Shown in pieces: positions 13,350 to 25,900 of a stretch of DNA of 64,000 nt; position 1 is the stretch's first letter, and each line of letters starts with the position of its first letter. This stretch comes from Amoebophrya sp. A120 (lineage: Eukaryota > Protista > Dinoflagellata): the NCBI GenBank assembly GCA_905178155.1, contig CAJINV010000001.1, forward strand, positions 14,381,379-14,445,378. Direction: 5' to 3'. A program made the position numbers and the translations under genes. The notes under the pieces were generated by a model. The model made no database searches. It was not told where the DNA came from and saw nothing but the letters and a program-made list of their open reading frames with translations.

Positions 13350-14328
13350 AATCCGAATCCGGCACACACAGTTACAACGGTTAACACACCTGATCATCTA
13401 ATGTTACGTGGAGGCTACTCGTGATCGTCAAGAACTTTCGCATCACTGATGCAAAAGTTCTTGACGAGCATGGATTCAAGGCTAGTGCTCTATATCCGCT
13501 TTACCTCTGTGGCTTTCTGGCGGGTTTTGACTCTTTTGACTTTGAAGATCGCGGGAGCGCATCACGATACAACGCCTGAAGACGGGAAGTGCAAATGCTC
13601 TTCGTTCTAAAATGGAAATCGCCTTCTACCGCTGGGATTGAGCTTTCTTCCGATGATTTTGGGAGGATAAAGCAAATCATCTAGAACATCACTTTTTAGA
13701 AGACGATGGATAGTGATGCTGCATCCCATGCCCGTCAACAACAAGATTGCATACTTAAATTTGACAACTACGGCTGCAGCTGTTTGCATGTTCCTTGTCA
13801 TTCTCCTTCTGATTCTGTGCACCGCCAGACGAAGCTTCAGTTTTCAGCTGCAAATGCAACCTGTCCGATAGCTCCTTGCAAAAACGCGGTCACAGAGTTT
13901 CACCCCTTTCTCCACAGGGTGTGTATCAAAAGCGACATCGTGCTCAGTAAATGATGAGAAAAATTAGAATTACTATTTAACGAGCTCGATCCTCGTTTTC
14001 CAGCGTGAATGAATATTATGTTGCAGAAACTTGAAGTAAATGAAACTTCGAGAAGAAGCGTTCGGAAAATAGACGTAATAGAAAGAGCTACAACAGTTCG
14101 GTCGTAAAAGATAAAGAAAGCAACGTAGTACCAGCCGGTTCCAAGACATGCATTTCGAGGACCGATGTTGGAACGATAAAGAGCACGAACCCTCTGCCCA
14201 ATTAGTAGATGGAGGAAAACAATGGCCCTCAACAACGCACGTAAGTAGGGCGAGCTTCACTCAAATTATACTACTGCCTTAAAAGTTGCAGTGTGCATCA
14301 TGATGGACTTGTGCCAGCACATGCATCC

Positions 14329-16490
14329 TCACGAGCTACCGCACATGAGCGCTCTCGACACTGCTCGTAGTATGAGATCGACGAAATTTAATTTGCTTAG
14401 CTGTCCCCCCGGTTGCAGCATTTGCCCTTTCGTCATGCCAGGCCTGTTGTCCTGCGAGCCGAGAAACCAATCGCGAAACTGCTCGTCTGCGTAAGCACCC
14501 CGCCAGGAGGCGTGTCCGTAATTCATTTGCTTGTAGTATCGGGTGTAGCGCACCCGAAACCGACCGCTTTCGTCGTACAATTCGACAACGCGCACTTTCT
14601 CTGGTTCTTCCCGCCGAACCTCGAGCCGGCCACCCTGCTCTTCTACGATCACTTTGCGACAAAGGTCAAAATTGAAATCCGAGTAAAGCTCGGCGTGCCA
14701 CCTGCAAGTAGGTATACTTGAATTTGAATTTGTCCGTCGTGTCTACTTTCGCATTCATTTTTTCATGCACTACGAGTTCCTACCAACACGAATAAAGCAA
14801 ACATGTCTTGTCGGTGCAAGAAAAAAAGATCTACTTACTTGTCTTCCTCTGCGACGAAGAACCACAATGGGATATCGAGCTGAAGCAACGCGCGCACTCT
14901 GCGCTCCGCATCCTCACTAACGTACTCTCCGCCGGCCTCGGGCGGAGGGGTAAGCCTGTGCGTGCGATCGTCGTGGATGATGTGCTTTGAGATCAAACAG
15001 TCCTGGTTCTCCGTCCGCGTGCTCACCCTTCCGCTCGCTCGGGCTGGTGGCGATGGGTAGTAGGGTGTGTGCAAGTAGTGCTCGAGCGCGGCCTGCTGCG
15101 GCGTCGCCTCGGGGAGCGCATGGTTATGGGCGTCGTCCTCCCCCTCGTGGACGATGGACGGGTCGTCGCGGCCTCCCTTCGGGCACACCGCCGCGCAGGC
15201 TGCAAATTTCAGCCCGTACTTCTCGAAAAAGTTGCAGGGCATCGGGTAGCGAAACTCGTCAAACCCGCTGGCCGCCAGGGTGATCCCCACCGCGCCCGCA
15301 CCACCGGCGGACTTGCCCGTGACGTACAGCCGATCCTTGTCGATCCGCAGCCCGGATTTGTTTACCACGATGTCCAGCATTTCGAACAGCTGCTCCAGCG
15401 CGTCCGGGTACGTCCACTGCCACCACCCATTGTCGTCGAACAGCCGCCCCTTGTTCACGTGCGGCGCAAGCATGACGCAGTCCCCCGCCAGCGGGAACGC
15501 GTTTTGCTCGTTCTGTCGGGCCAGCGACTTGTTCATCGGGCTGCTCGGGTGGTGGAGATGAGGAGCAGGAGAATCACTACCCGCCTGTACCCCTGACGTT
15601 GCCTGCGAGGTCCTTTCCAGTACTTCGACCGGATCCACAAACCGCTCCGTCTCCCGGTCCGCGACCAACGTGAATGGGCAGCCCTGCTCGAAGGCCAGCA
15701 CGTCGTGGTCCAGCAGGTTCCAGGGGTCGTCGGGGGTGTGGTCCTTGAGGTCCGCCTTGGAAAAGGGGGCGTCCGCCGCCGCGTAGGTGGCGCCGCCGTG
15801 CAAATAGAGCAGCAACGGGTAGCCATTCGCGTTTGGCGGGGGAGAAGATGAAAAAACGTTGGCCGCCGGACTGTTTGGAGAGTAATTCGCCGGCGTTCGC
15901 ACTAGGTATCCCAAATTTCCCTTCGGGGTCCGCCCGCTCCGAATTTCGCCCGGCGGCAGGGACACGGGAAACCCGAGCTCGCTGTGCTGGTTCTCCGCGA
16001 AATACGACTGACGGCGCCGCTTCCGCTGATTCGGGAGCGCGTAATGCGTGATGGGGGCGACTTCTTCCTCCAAATCCGAATCCGCGTCGACCAACAACGA
16101 ACGGTCGATGGCCCTGCGATCGCGCGGAATTGTGGACGACGCGTCTCCTGTTGGTGACGCGGTCGACGCTGGGCTTCGACGATTGGCTCCTGCTTTGGGT
16201 CCGCGAGGTGGAGGAGGTGTGCCTTCAGCTAGTCTCTTCAGGTAACGCATGCGCTGCGCTTCGTGGGCCAAGTGCGCCACTGTGGAGAGCTTTTTCCATT
16301 GCATGCGTGCGTGGTGAGAACCAGAGGGGGACCCCGCTGACGTTGCACGATTATTTGTGGCCGCCGAGACGGAAGAATATATTTGCTTTCCCCCAGCAGC
16401 AGACATGCGTGCCCGCTGCAACACTGCGGCAGCGCTGTCATCCTGCTCCTCCACCGAAGAGAGCTCCTGCTCGTCCGTGTTGCCGGCCAT
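14329..16490 (-). CDS. Alpha/beta hydrolase (esterase/peptidase-like), 2 exons
   Basis: YPLLLYLHGG, IDKDRLYVTGKSAGGAG (GxSxG nucleophile), IPLWFFVAEED; canonical GT-AG intron ~14703-14838 leads to an exon with the candidate catalytic His (GHASWRGAY). Confidence 0.85.
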
Positions 16491-17664
16491 TTTTGGCGGA
16501 GTTGACCTAGACTAGGACCACAAGATATTGGGTCATATCGACCAAGACTAATTAGAGCGAGAACTACTTCGAAAAAAGAGTAAATGCGAATCAGTCATCA
16601 ACGTGGGAAAGGAAAAAGGGGATAAGGCTGTAGCCGTACCGATGTTGGGCAAGCGGCAGAAATAAATGCTGATCCACAGAAGATTACAGTTTTTTTGGCT
16701 CATCTGGTACCGAAAATGCTCCTTCGGCTGAGGAGCATCTGTAGTTGCTGCACCGAATAAATGTCTTGTTGCGAGACGTGGACCATTTTTGCGACGAGAA
16801 CTTGCTCCTACTTGTACTTACGTCTCCTCTATACAAATGGCTGCAAATGACCGAAATTACAAACAGGCTCAGTACCGAAACGGAGTGCCCGTGGGCAATG
16901 ATGAGTGGACTGATACTCTTCCATCTTCTTGTCAACCGAACTCAATTTGTGGTTCCGGGCGGTAGAAACATGTTTATCAAAAGTAATTGATACAACCCAC
17001 AGGCAAAGTACAGAAAGTGACCGATTCGCAGCTTCCTTTGCGTTGCAGGTCCAAAGCAGCCGAGATGGGTCCAGCGAAATCGCAGCCTGGCACCGCCATC
17101 ACTACACACACAGCAAGTAGAAGCACGCGCAACATCAGTGGACGACGAAAAAGTAAATCATGAGTACAACCGAAGGCGAAGCTAGGAGCATCATGAGCAT
17201 CAACAATCTTCTTCTTCTACGAGACCGACGATAAACTACAATAGGCTTACTCACCAATCCAATCTACTATGTATGTAGAAGGCACGAACAAGAAGTACGA
17301 AGAGAGTTTTACCGAGTTGATGTTGAGCGGAGGCATATATGATGCGGGAGCTGCCGCGAGAAATAACACATCAAACATGGCAGTAGATCATGCGCCTACG
17401 ATGCTAGACAAGAACATCTAGGAAACTCATACATGGGAAGCACCAGGAGCCGTTCGGCACAAGAACTTCTTGTCTGTCTATCTCTGTGTGACGGCCAGCA
17501 GAAAGTTGTAGCACAGAGATTGTAGCCGCTAGAAGCAGCACCATGATCATGTGGACTGTTCAAGAAAATTCGCACAAAGAATCACAAAAATGCTGTGTTG
17601 CTCATGCAAACATGTTGGTCGTGGCAAACGCAAGACTCTAAAAAATCGAAAAGGACGAAACAGA

Positions 17665-19104
17665 TCAGACTCGGTTACCAGTTTTAGGTGGTGCCGTTGG
17701 CACTTCGTAGCCACCAGCGGTCAGTTGCACTTCTGGATCCTCAGACAGTTCATAAAATCCCCCTCTTCCAGCGGCCCCCAAATTGTCCGGCGGACTGGCT
17801 TTGCCGATAGGCAGCTGCTGCGCTCCGTCGGCCCCGTTCCGGAGTGGTGCGGCTTCTTCTTTTGCCCCCCACCGCAGTCGCCAGCGACGTTGTAGGTACA
17901 AAACGCCAGCCTTGGAGAAAAACCACGCTAAGATTTCAAAGACACATCCGACCTTGCAATCGCAGCCGCCCTTCTCCCACAGTCCGTTGGCAGCTGCGCG
18001 ATCTGGCAAAAAGCGGCCGCACTGTTCGTAACGAACCTGCGAAGTGACGCGCGCGAGGTCGTCTAATAGCGCGAAGCCACGCCGGTTTCGCATCCGCTCG
18101 CTTTCTTCTGAATTGATGGCGCGCTGCAGGAAGTAGCTGCAGGCAGAAATGACAAGCAAAGTACCGAGGGCCACCGAGGTTGCGTTAACGACAAGGTTGC
18201 CGGAAAACCGTGATAGTACACACATACCGCACGTCAGCAAGGCAAGGACCAGATAGATCCACACACCATACTGGTAAAACGGCTCATGATGAATCTGAGA
18301 TGGAAGTAGTTGTAGTTGATGTTTCGAGCAGGCGTGTTACGTGTCAGTCTGATACACTTAGATTTAGAAGTGGTTTAAAGCTACAAATCCAATCAAGATG
18401 ATCTATTTGACGTATACTTTCCTGCTACGAGGAAACAAAGCTGTGGAACAAAAGAAAGATGCCCGCACCTTGCCCAGGACGTCTCGCTCCACATTGACTT
18501 GAAGAAGCCGCAGTAGAGCCAGCAACTGCACCACGATCATCATGCTGGATAGAACGCCAATGCCGATGCGGATCCATCGATTTAAAACTACTAGCAGAAC
18601 CAATGAGGAGGCGACGCTGCAAAACAGGGGCAGCCACCACTCGTCGGTCGCAGTATTGTTATGGTCCTGCAGATCCATAAAAATCAAGCCTATCCACACG
18701 CCCGCGACCAGGGACCCGGCGGTTGTGAAGAGCTTCGGCACGCGGTTGCTGAGCAGTACAATTGCTACCCCGGCAACGAGACAAACCAGGTACAAAAAAT
18801 CTGGATGGCCGAGGAAGTGACTCCTGTCCGGGAAGGGGCCAATCGTGGGGGCTGTGAGCGCAGCTGCGGATTCCGCTCCTTCCGGGGTGCTGACAATGTG
18901 GCCATGGTGGGAGCTGGTGTTGGTTGTACTAGTCCCGCCATCGGCCGCGTGTGACGAAGACGAAGAGGTTCCTGAAGCAGCGGTGGGCACTGTCGAATTC
19001 GTCACGGCTGCAGTTGAAGACGTTGACGTTGAGTTGCTGGAGCCGCCCAAGTGGCCCAACTGCCGTTCACCAACTGCAACTGGGTCGTACGTGTTTGTGA
19101 ACAT
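17665..19104 (-). CDS. Multi-pass membrane protein (DUF4203/TMEM198-like), 2 exons
   Basis: About six hydrophobic helices across ORFs 18403-19104 and 17665-18264, joined by a canonical GT-AG intron (~18271-18469). Confidence 0.55.
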
Positions 19105-19932
19105 GCTTGCGCACCGTAGTATTCGTCACGAAGAGGAAGACGGACACAAACACACTCGTGAAAGAACAATGCAAACCCTTAACCAGAAAAGCACTTTAAA
19201 GTTGAACTTTCGTCTATTTTGCGCTCGGCCTCGGCTCCGGCTGCATTAAAAATTTCAGAAAAATCACAAAAAAACATCAGCTCGGGTGTGTATTCGTGCC
19301 GGTCGCATAGCACTTTTGCACTCTTTGTCTTTAGCAAGAAAGTTCCTTAACGCAACCGAAATGGAGCACGTCCGGTTGTACACAATTATCGACGAGGAAG
19401 AAACGCTCCAGCGTATTCGGCGCAATCATTTTGCGCCGGAATCTGTTTTTATTGCAGCTGAGTACAACTTCATGCGTTCTTCCATGGCAGAAATGAGTCT
19501 TGCACTAACTTCTGCTCGCATCTCTGACGTGATAAATATCATGTGCCCTTTCAGCACCAGCAACAGCATTGTCCAACGAAGATAGTGATTAGAATATGGA
19601 ACACTAGAATGCTGTAAAGTTAAGTTCTCCCATGAACCCGATGCTGAACCACGACCACGAGAAGGAGGACGCGTGACATCACATTTACATGAGCGGAGAC
19701 AAGCGAGATGACAGCAAGAATCTTCACAAGGTTTATTTAGAGCAGATAGATTCACATTGGGATTGCGACCGCCCCCGTGTGCGGAGAAATGGTTTTTCTT
19801 TTTTCTCATCTTCTCATCATGCTGATATGTGCAGTCGTTGCAAGAAAAGTCAATGATGTTCTGCTTCTGACTTTGAGTTTGAGTAAATCGTAAAAAGTTA
19901 AATCCGAGCAGGACGCAGTCACGGGTCGTTCT

Positions 19933-22900
19933 TCACCGAGGTTGGTGCGGCGGAACTCCAAAACACATGCCAGTGATCCTTTCCATTGTCTGGTATGCAT
20001 TGCAACTATGTCTGGGTCTAGAAGGATGCAACTTGTGATGCTGCATTTGGATTCTACAAAAATCTGTATTGCGTAAACAGCAAAAGAGGTCCAGTCTTTG
20101 CAACGGCGTCAAAAGGGCATTTCTCATGCGGTATAGGCATCAGGATGAGGATGCCGATGCCGATGCCCTCAAAAAATATAATATGTGATGCTAGGGCATG
20201 CATCACAGATATCAGGTTCAGGAGGCATGGCGCAAAATGTGCATGACAAATCGTGCACTCTTCCAGACCCAGAGATATTTGCATTTGATATCTGGGCACA
20301 GCGTTTCATTCCCTGATCCGCCAATCGCCTCTCGGAGGCAAGTTTTTCGGATTCAGCCTCTAGTTCTCCTAGCTCTAGCTTAGCAGATTCCATTGCTTTT
20401 TCATGTTCAGCAAGAGCAGCGGAGCCCTCCTTCTCAGCTAGTACAGGAGCAGGTTTACTGTTTTGATCGTTGCCGCACGACGACGACGACATCCGCAACA
20501 CGTCCGCTAGTGCTAGTCCCCCGTCGAACCTCCTGGGCGCTCGTTTTATTTCCATTGCGAGTTTTGCTCGCGCTCGGTCATTTTTGCGTTGCAGCTCGTG
20601 AATCATGGTGCTCCGGTTGATGTAAACCATCCTCCAGCGGCTCCAGTCCCCCTCCTCCGCGGCCGGCGCGCCCCGAGAAGCTTTACGCATCTCTCGGAGT
20701 CCCTCCTCCAACCTCCCGCGGCGGCGAAGCGCCCCGGCCAGGTTGCTATGCGCACTCGAAACGTGCCGATGGTGTTCGGGCAAGACCTTCTCGAACAGGT
20801 CCACCGCTTCGGTGATCAGCTGGTACTCCGGTACTTCGAAAGCTCTTTGCAGAGCCTGCAGCATAAGGCAGAAATCAGCGCTCAAAGATGATGCCTGTGC
20901 AGAAGAAGAAGAAGATGACGTAGGACAAGATGAACTCGCTGTTGGTGTCCTACTAGTAGTAGCGTTTGTCATCGAAGATGCATTGTTTTGCGCGGTCTGG
21001 CGGACGATTTTTTCTCGTTCCTTGATTTGCGCAGTCACAGCAATATCGGCTAATAGCCCGTAGCAAAGGCCAAGCAACAGCTTGGCATACGCCGTGGACG
21101 GATGGCGTGGGCCGACTAAGCGCTCTCGCGTGCGCATCACCTGCTGCAAGCCCCGCACCGCGAGCGGTAGAGGTCCGCCACGATTCATCCATTCGTTCGC
21201 AAAGTCGGCTGGACTGTCGTCTACTCGCCCAAGCGAACTAACATTCAGGTTGTTCTTCCTCTGACTGAGACTGGCAGGACCCCCATCTTCCTCGTGATCT
21301 TCTAACGAGGTCATCGTGGTCGAATTGACGTCAATAGCAATTCGCCGAAGGCAAGAGTCAGAGGCATCGAGTATGACTTTGACATCGACTCCGCGGGGCA
21401 GGACAAATTCTCCTTCGCGTCCGTTTTGACCTCCTATTTGTTCGTGTAGTTCGTCATGCTTTATTCTACTCCCCGGAGCAGAAAGAGCAGATGAGGCTTC
21501 TCGGTCAACATTGCTCGACCTCGACGCAGGCCGGAAAAATACTGGCATCTTCGACTTGCTCGTGAACCTGGTAAATTGCTGTCGCCATTCCGCGACGAGC
21601 ATGTCCCGGGGCGTAAGATCTTCCGCTGTCGCAGCCCCGCTTGTCAAATGTAGACAAGATTGCGATTGCGCAAGGAGCTCTTTCATCGTGTCGCGAGGCA
21701 GACCACTGTACTGATATTTCACGGGGTACGCCCGGCTACTCGCGGTAAACACGCAGCACAGCTCCAAACAATCCATGAGTAACAACACCGCTTCTGCCGT
21801 CGACGCGGACGACTTGGTCGCTTCGGACAGAGGTTTTGTTTTGTTTAAGAACATGCTCCACACGATGTTCAAGTCCCAGGCAGCATGTGCCGGTTGCTCC
21901 AGCCCCGAACCTGGCATCCAAGCGAGCCGCGCTCTCTCCGTTCTGGCCAGTACTTCGAGCAGATCCGCGATTGTCCGAGGCCTGCTCTTCTGGTTCTGTT
22001 GCTTGGCTGCCTTCTCCGCTTTGTCGGACTCGGAAAGGAGGTTGTTGAGCAGCGCTTTTGCATCCTTCCAGCGCTGCATGCACTTCACGCTCTCCCTTGC
22101 TAGCAGAAAGTCCTCCACAAAAAAAGCCCCGACCGCACGCGCCGCCCTGGCGATGAAGGCGGGGAGCTCGAAGGGGGCGGTCACGTCAAGCGAGAGAATG
22201 CCACTAGCGAAAGGCGCCCGGCCCGACGCGACCATCAGCAGAGTTTTGCAGGAAAGATCTGCCCGGCCAGCATTGGAGTAAGCTCTCGCGCAAAAAAGAA
22301 GGAGCCTGCGATACTTTCGAAAGTAAGGGGCATCCAGCCGCTCGTAGAGCACGGCAGGGATTCTGCTTGATCGAGATGATGAAGCAAAAGCGTTCTGATG
22401 TCCTCCATGCAACTGCTGCTCCTGGTCGGGTCCATCTCTCATTGGGAGGTCGTGAGCGGCTCCTTCCGCCTCCACCTGGTGGTCACCCTTGTCGTCCTCG
22501 TCGTCCAGTCGCTGAATGATGTCCACGATCCTGGCAACCACATTATCCGCAACCACTTCCTGCAGTGCGGGCCAAAGTGCGTAGAGGAGGAAGTGGACCC
22601 CCGCATCAATCACCGCTAGTAGCTGCTCCGCGTCTGTCTCCATATCAAATCTAAAAATGTCTGGGTCTGGAAGAATGCAAGTTTGTCACGCTTGTCTCGC
22701 ATGACTCCGGAATCTGTTATGCATGAGCAGGAAAGCACATGAGTGAATGAATGAATGAGTGACGCCCCCTGACGCACCTCGTCGATCCGATCGCTTCACT
22801 AGTTCTTCCTCTTTCCTGGACTGCCACGAATGCAAAACGCAGCCAGCTTGTCACGCATACATATTAACCAGCAAGCGATTTCCCGGTCCGACGGCCCCTC

Positions 22901-25900
22901 TTACTCCGGTTTTCGACGACACACGCTGTGTCGTCTGTGGGTGAACCGGTACGCCATGCGTACATGGACGAAACCCCGATTGGCCGTTGAGCCACCCCCG
23001 CGGCACCTACCGACTCTCCCCGAGCCGGTACGCGTGATCAACAAACACCACTAGTGCCTACTGCTAGCCAAGCTAAATTGTCGGGGTTGTTGCCGAAGGT
23101 GAAGCTTGTCGGCTTAGCAGCGGGTTAAGTAGGGGGGGGGCCTCGTACCTGTCATGCAAAAACGCAGTTGGTCATGCGGAAAGCGAAATACATAGGAGCT
23201 CAGAAACTTGTCATGTGTCGTTGCGTAACGCAGTGCGCCCACCATGCACAAATTAGCATTTACAAGTTTCCAGACCCAGACGCAGACATATTTGCAACGC
23301 ATATTCCAGGAGCTTCAGCAAACACTCCAGATTCCGCCGGTCGAGCGCCGCAGAAAACGCGGCCATTCTGTTCGTCGCGCTCTGTAGTTGAGACCATGCG
23401 TTGACTGCAGGCAGCCCACACCGCTGAAAGGTCGTTTCTGCGAGTCGCAATGCTGGGATAAGAACTTTCTGTGACAAAAACCGCACGCCCTGTGCACGCG
23501 GACGACATTTCGACTTCACCTTGAAATCTAGTTCCGCATCATGAGTGCCAAGAACAGTCTTCTGCTTAAAGTCGGTTGCTTCGCTGCTGCACCGGTAGAC
23601 ACAGCACGCTGCGTACGAAGGTAGGGGGATACAGATGATGCTGCTTGTTCCTTTCTTCATCTCTAGCAAGCCAGCTCCTACGAGGGGATTAACAACAGAG
23701 TGCACCAACTTCTCCAACAGGTGGCCCGGATCATGCTTGCACTTTTCCGCTTTCATCGAAACTTCCCGATCTGCCGGCGGCTTTTCGCTGCTCGTCTCCA
23801 CTTGTTCCACTGGCATGTTGCCACAAGATGAATGTTGAGTAATGGCATGACTTCTATCGACTTTTGGTTCTCCTTCCGAAGATTTTGATGATACTGGTAC
23901 TTCGTGGTCTTCTCTTGACGCTTCCACTTCCTGAAAAAGCATGTCCCGTAGAGTGTCGATGCTGCACCCGCCAGGAAAGTATATTGCCATGGACTCCAAC
24001 ACTGCAACTGCAATTTGATTCTTCACCTGGGCCTTATCTTGCCTTAGGCTTTCGCGAGCCGCAGCAGTGCCCTCTTGCTTGAAAATGCGCGCCACACTCA
24101 GCAACACAGCTTTGGGCATGTGTTTTGCAAATATGCGCTCCACGGGATCGCACAGTATCGCTTCAAGAATGTCCTTCACTGAAGTCCTTTTCGAAGCGGT
24201 TGCGTAGTTGTAGTCACTTTCATCATGATGTGTGCGTGACTCATGTGAAGTGACAGTGTCCGTGCTGTTGTCATCTTCGAAGCCCAACACAGACGCTGCT
24301 TGCTGCTGAATATCGGTTCCTACTTTCCGAATGACCGCTGGATGTTCTCTGAAAATATACCATCGCCATCTACTTTTTGCATGACAAAAGATAATACAAC
24401 GCCACAATCTTCATCTCGTCCATCTCCATCATGTCCACTGTGATAAGTAAATTGCGTGGGGATGCTAAATTTTCAGGTGATACTGGATAGTTTCCACACA
24501 TGGCAGCCAACACCGCAAGCGGATCTCGTGCTGCCGCCATGGTGGCAGAGTCGCCCATGTGCAGGTACAAGCTTTGCAAGATGGCTGGACTAGAAGCAGA
24601 ACGTGATGCTCGCACGGCTTGTTGGCAAGAAGCATACTACGTTGAAAATTTCAAGAATAAGAAAACGAGCAAAATTCGATGTTTAGAATTCAAAACGGCA
24701 ATGCGTCGGGCGCCCTGTTTTTTGTTTTTGTTTTGGATAACGCGTGGCAGGTCACGAGACATACTGCTTCAAAACTTTCAGAAGCAGAGGACGCGACACA
24801 CTGCGTGTGTTATCGCGGACGCCTACTTCTTGATTAAAAAAAACGAGAGGCCTGGCATGGAACCGGCCAACGAAGACGGGCCGAGGGCTACCAACCTCAC
24901 GCACCAAACTAGTTAGCTAGATGTGGCCCTTTCTGGGGCATTCATAACCGGGGCCCAATGGGCTCGGGTCGTTACGTGGTCCGAATAGGTGAGGCGCGGC
25001 GACGCCTCCACAGGCAAGCGAGAAGCGGCCCGAAGGTACTGAAATACTACAGCCAGCTTCTTCGGGAATGCCCGGCGAAAGACATCGCCAGGGGACTCGG
25101 TGCAGGTGCTCTTTTTTGCATATCGCCCGCGATTCGCACAAAATTTTGCAGTTCCCACTGGAAAAATTTTCAAGAATGAACAGGGTCGACCCCTTCCGGA
25201 AACCCTAGATTTGGGCCATTCCGGAAACGGGTTTTTTCCCACTTCCCACTGGAAAAATTTTCAAGAATGAAAAAGCAGACCCCTCCGGCGACCCCTGACG
25301 CAAGGGGTCGCCCAGAGGACTTATCTGTTCATTTTTTGCTCAAAAAGCGCACTTTTTGAAGTTCGCCCACTTCGGAAATCGATTTTGAAGCCACGCGGCG
25401 CCCCAATTCCGGACGCCCAAAATGCAGCCCGTCGGGGAGGGGAGTCCCGCCCTGCTAGGGATCCGGATTGGGCGCGCGAATTGGGCGCACTATTTTAGGC
25501 GCCGGAAAACATGGCCCGGTATTTGGCCAACTCTGGCAAAGACGTCGCGGATCTGTAAAGCGCCCCACTTTCATCCTCCGGCCAACTGCTTGCCGGCGTC
25601 AAGAAGAGCCCCTTTATCGGGCTGCGGGGGCTCTGCCGGTTCCTCTGCAAGTACAAGTGGCGCCCCGTGGCGACGGTTGGCGAAATGATCTCCCGCCCGC
25701 GGGCAACCCGGCCGAGCCCAAGGGCGCCGCGTGCTGCTTCTGCGCTGCCGGTCGAGCCGCCGGCGTCGTGTTTCGTCGAACTTGGAACCCCTCCCGGCCG
25801 CCCTCACGACTCTAAAGACCCAACTTTGCTCATTTTCTTATTCTTGAAATTTTCAACGTAGTAAAGCAGAACGTGATGCTCGAAAGGCTTGTTGGCAAGA

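Noticed and set aside
22900-22960. Possible hammerhead ribozyme in the nested insert (cagacga..gaaa on the minus strand)
   Set aside because: Core CUGANGA is mismatched and the stem geometry does not fit; a simple hairpin explains it
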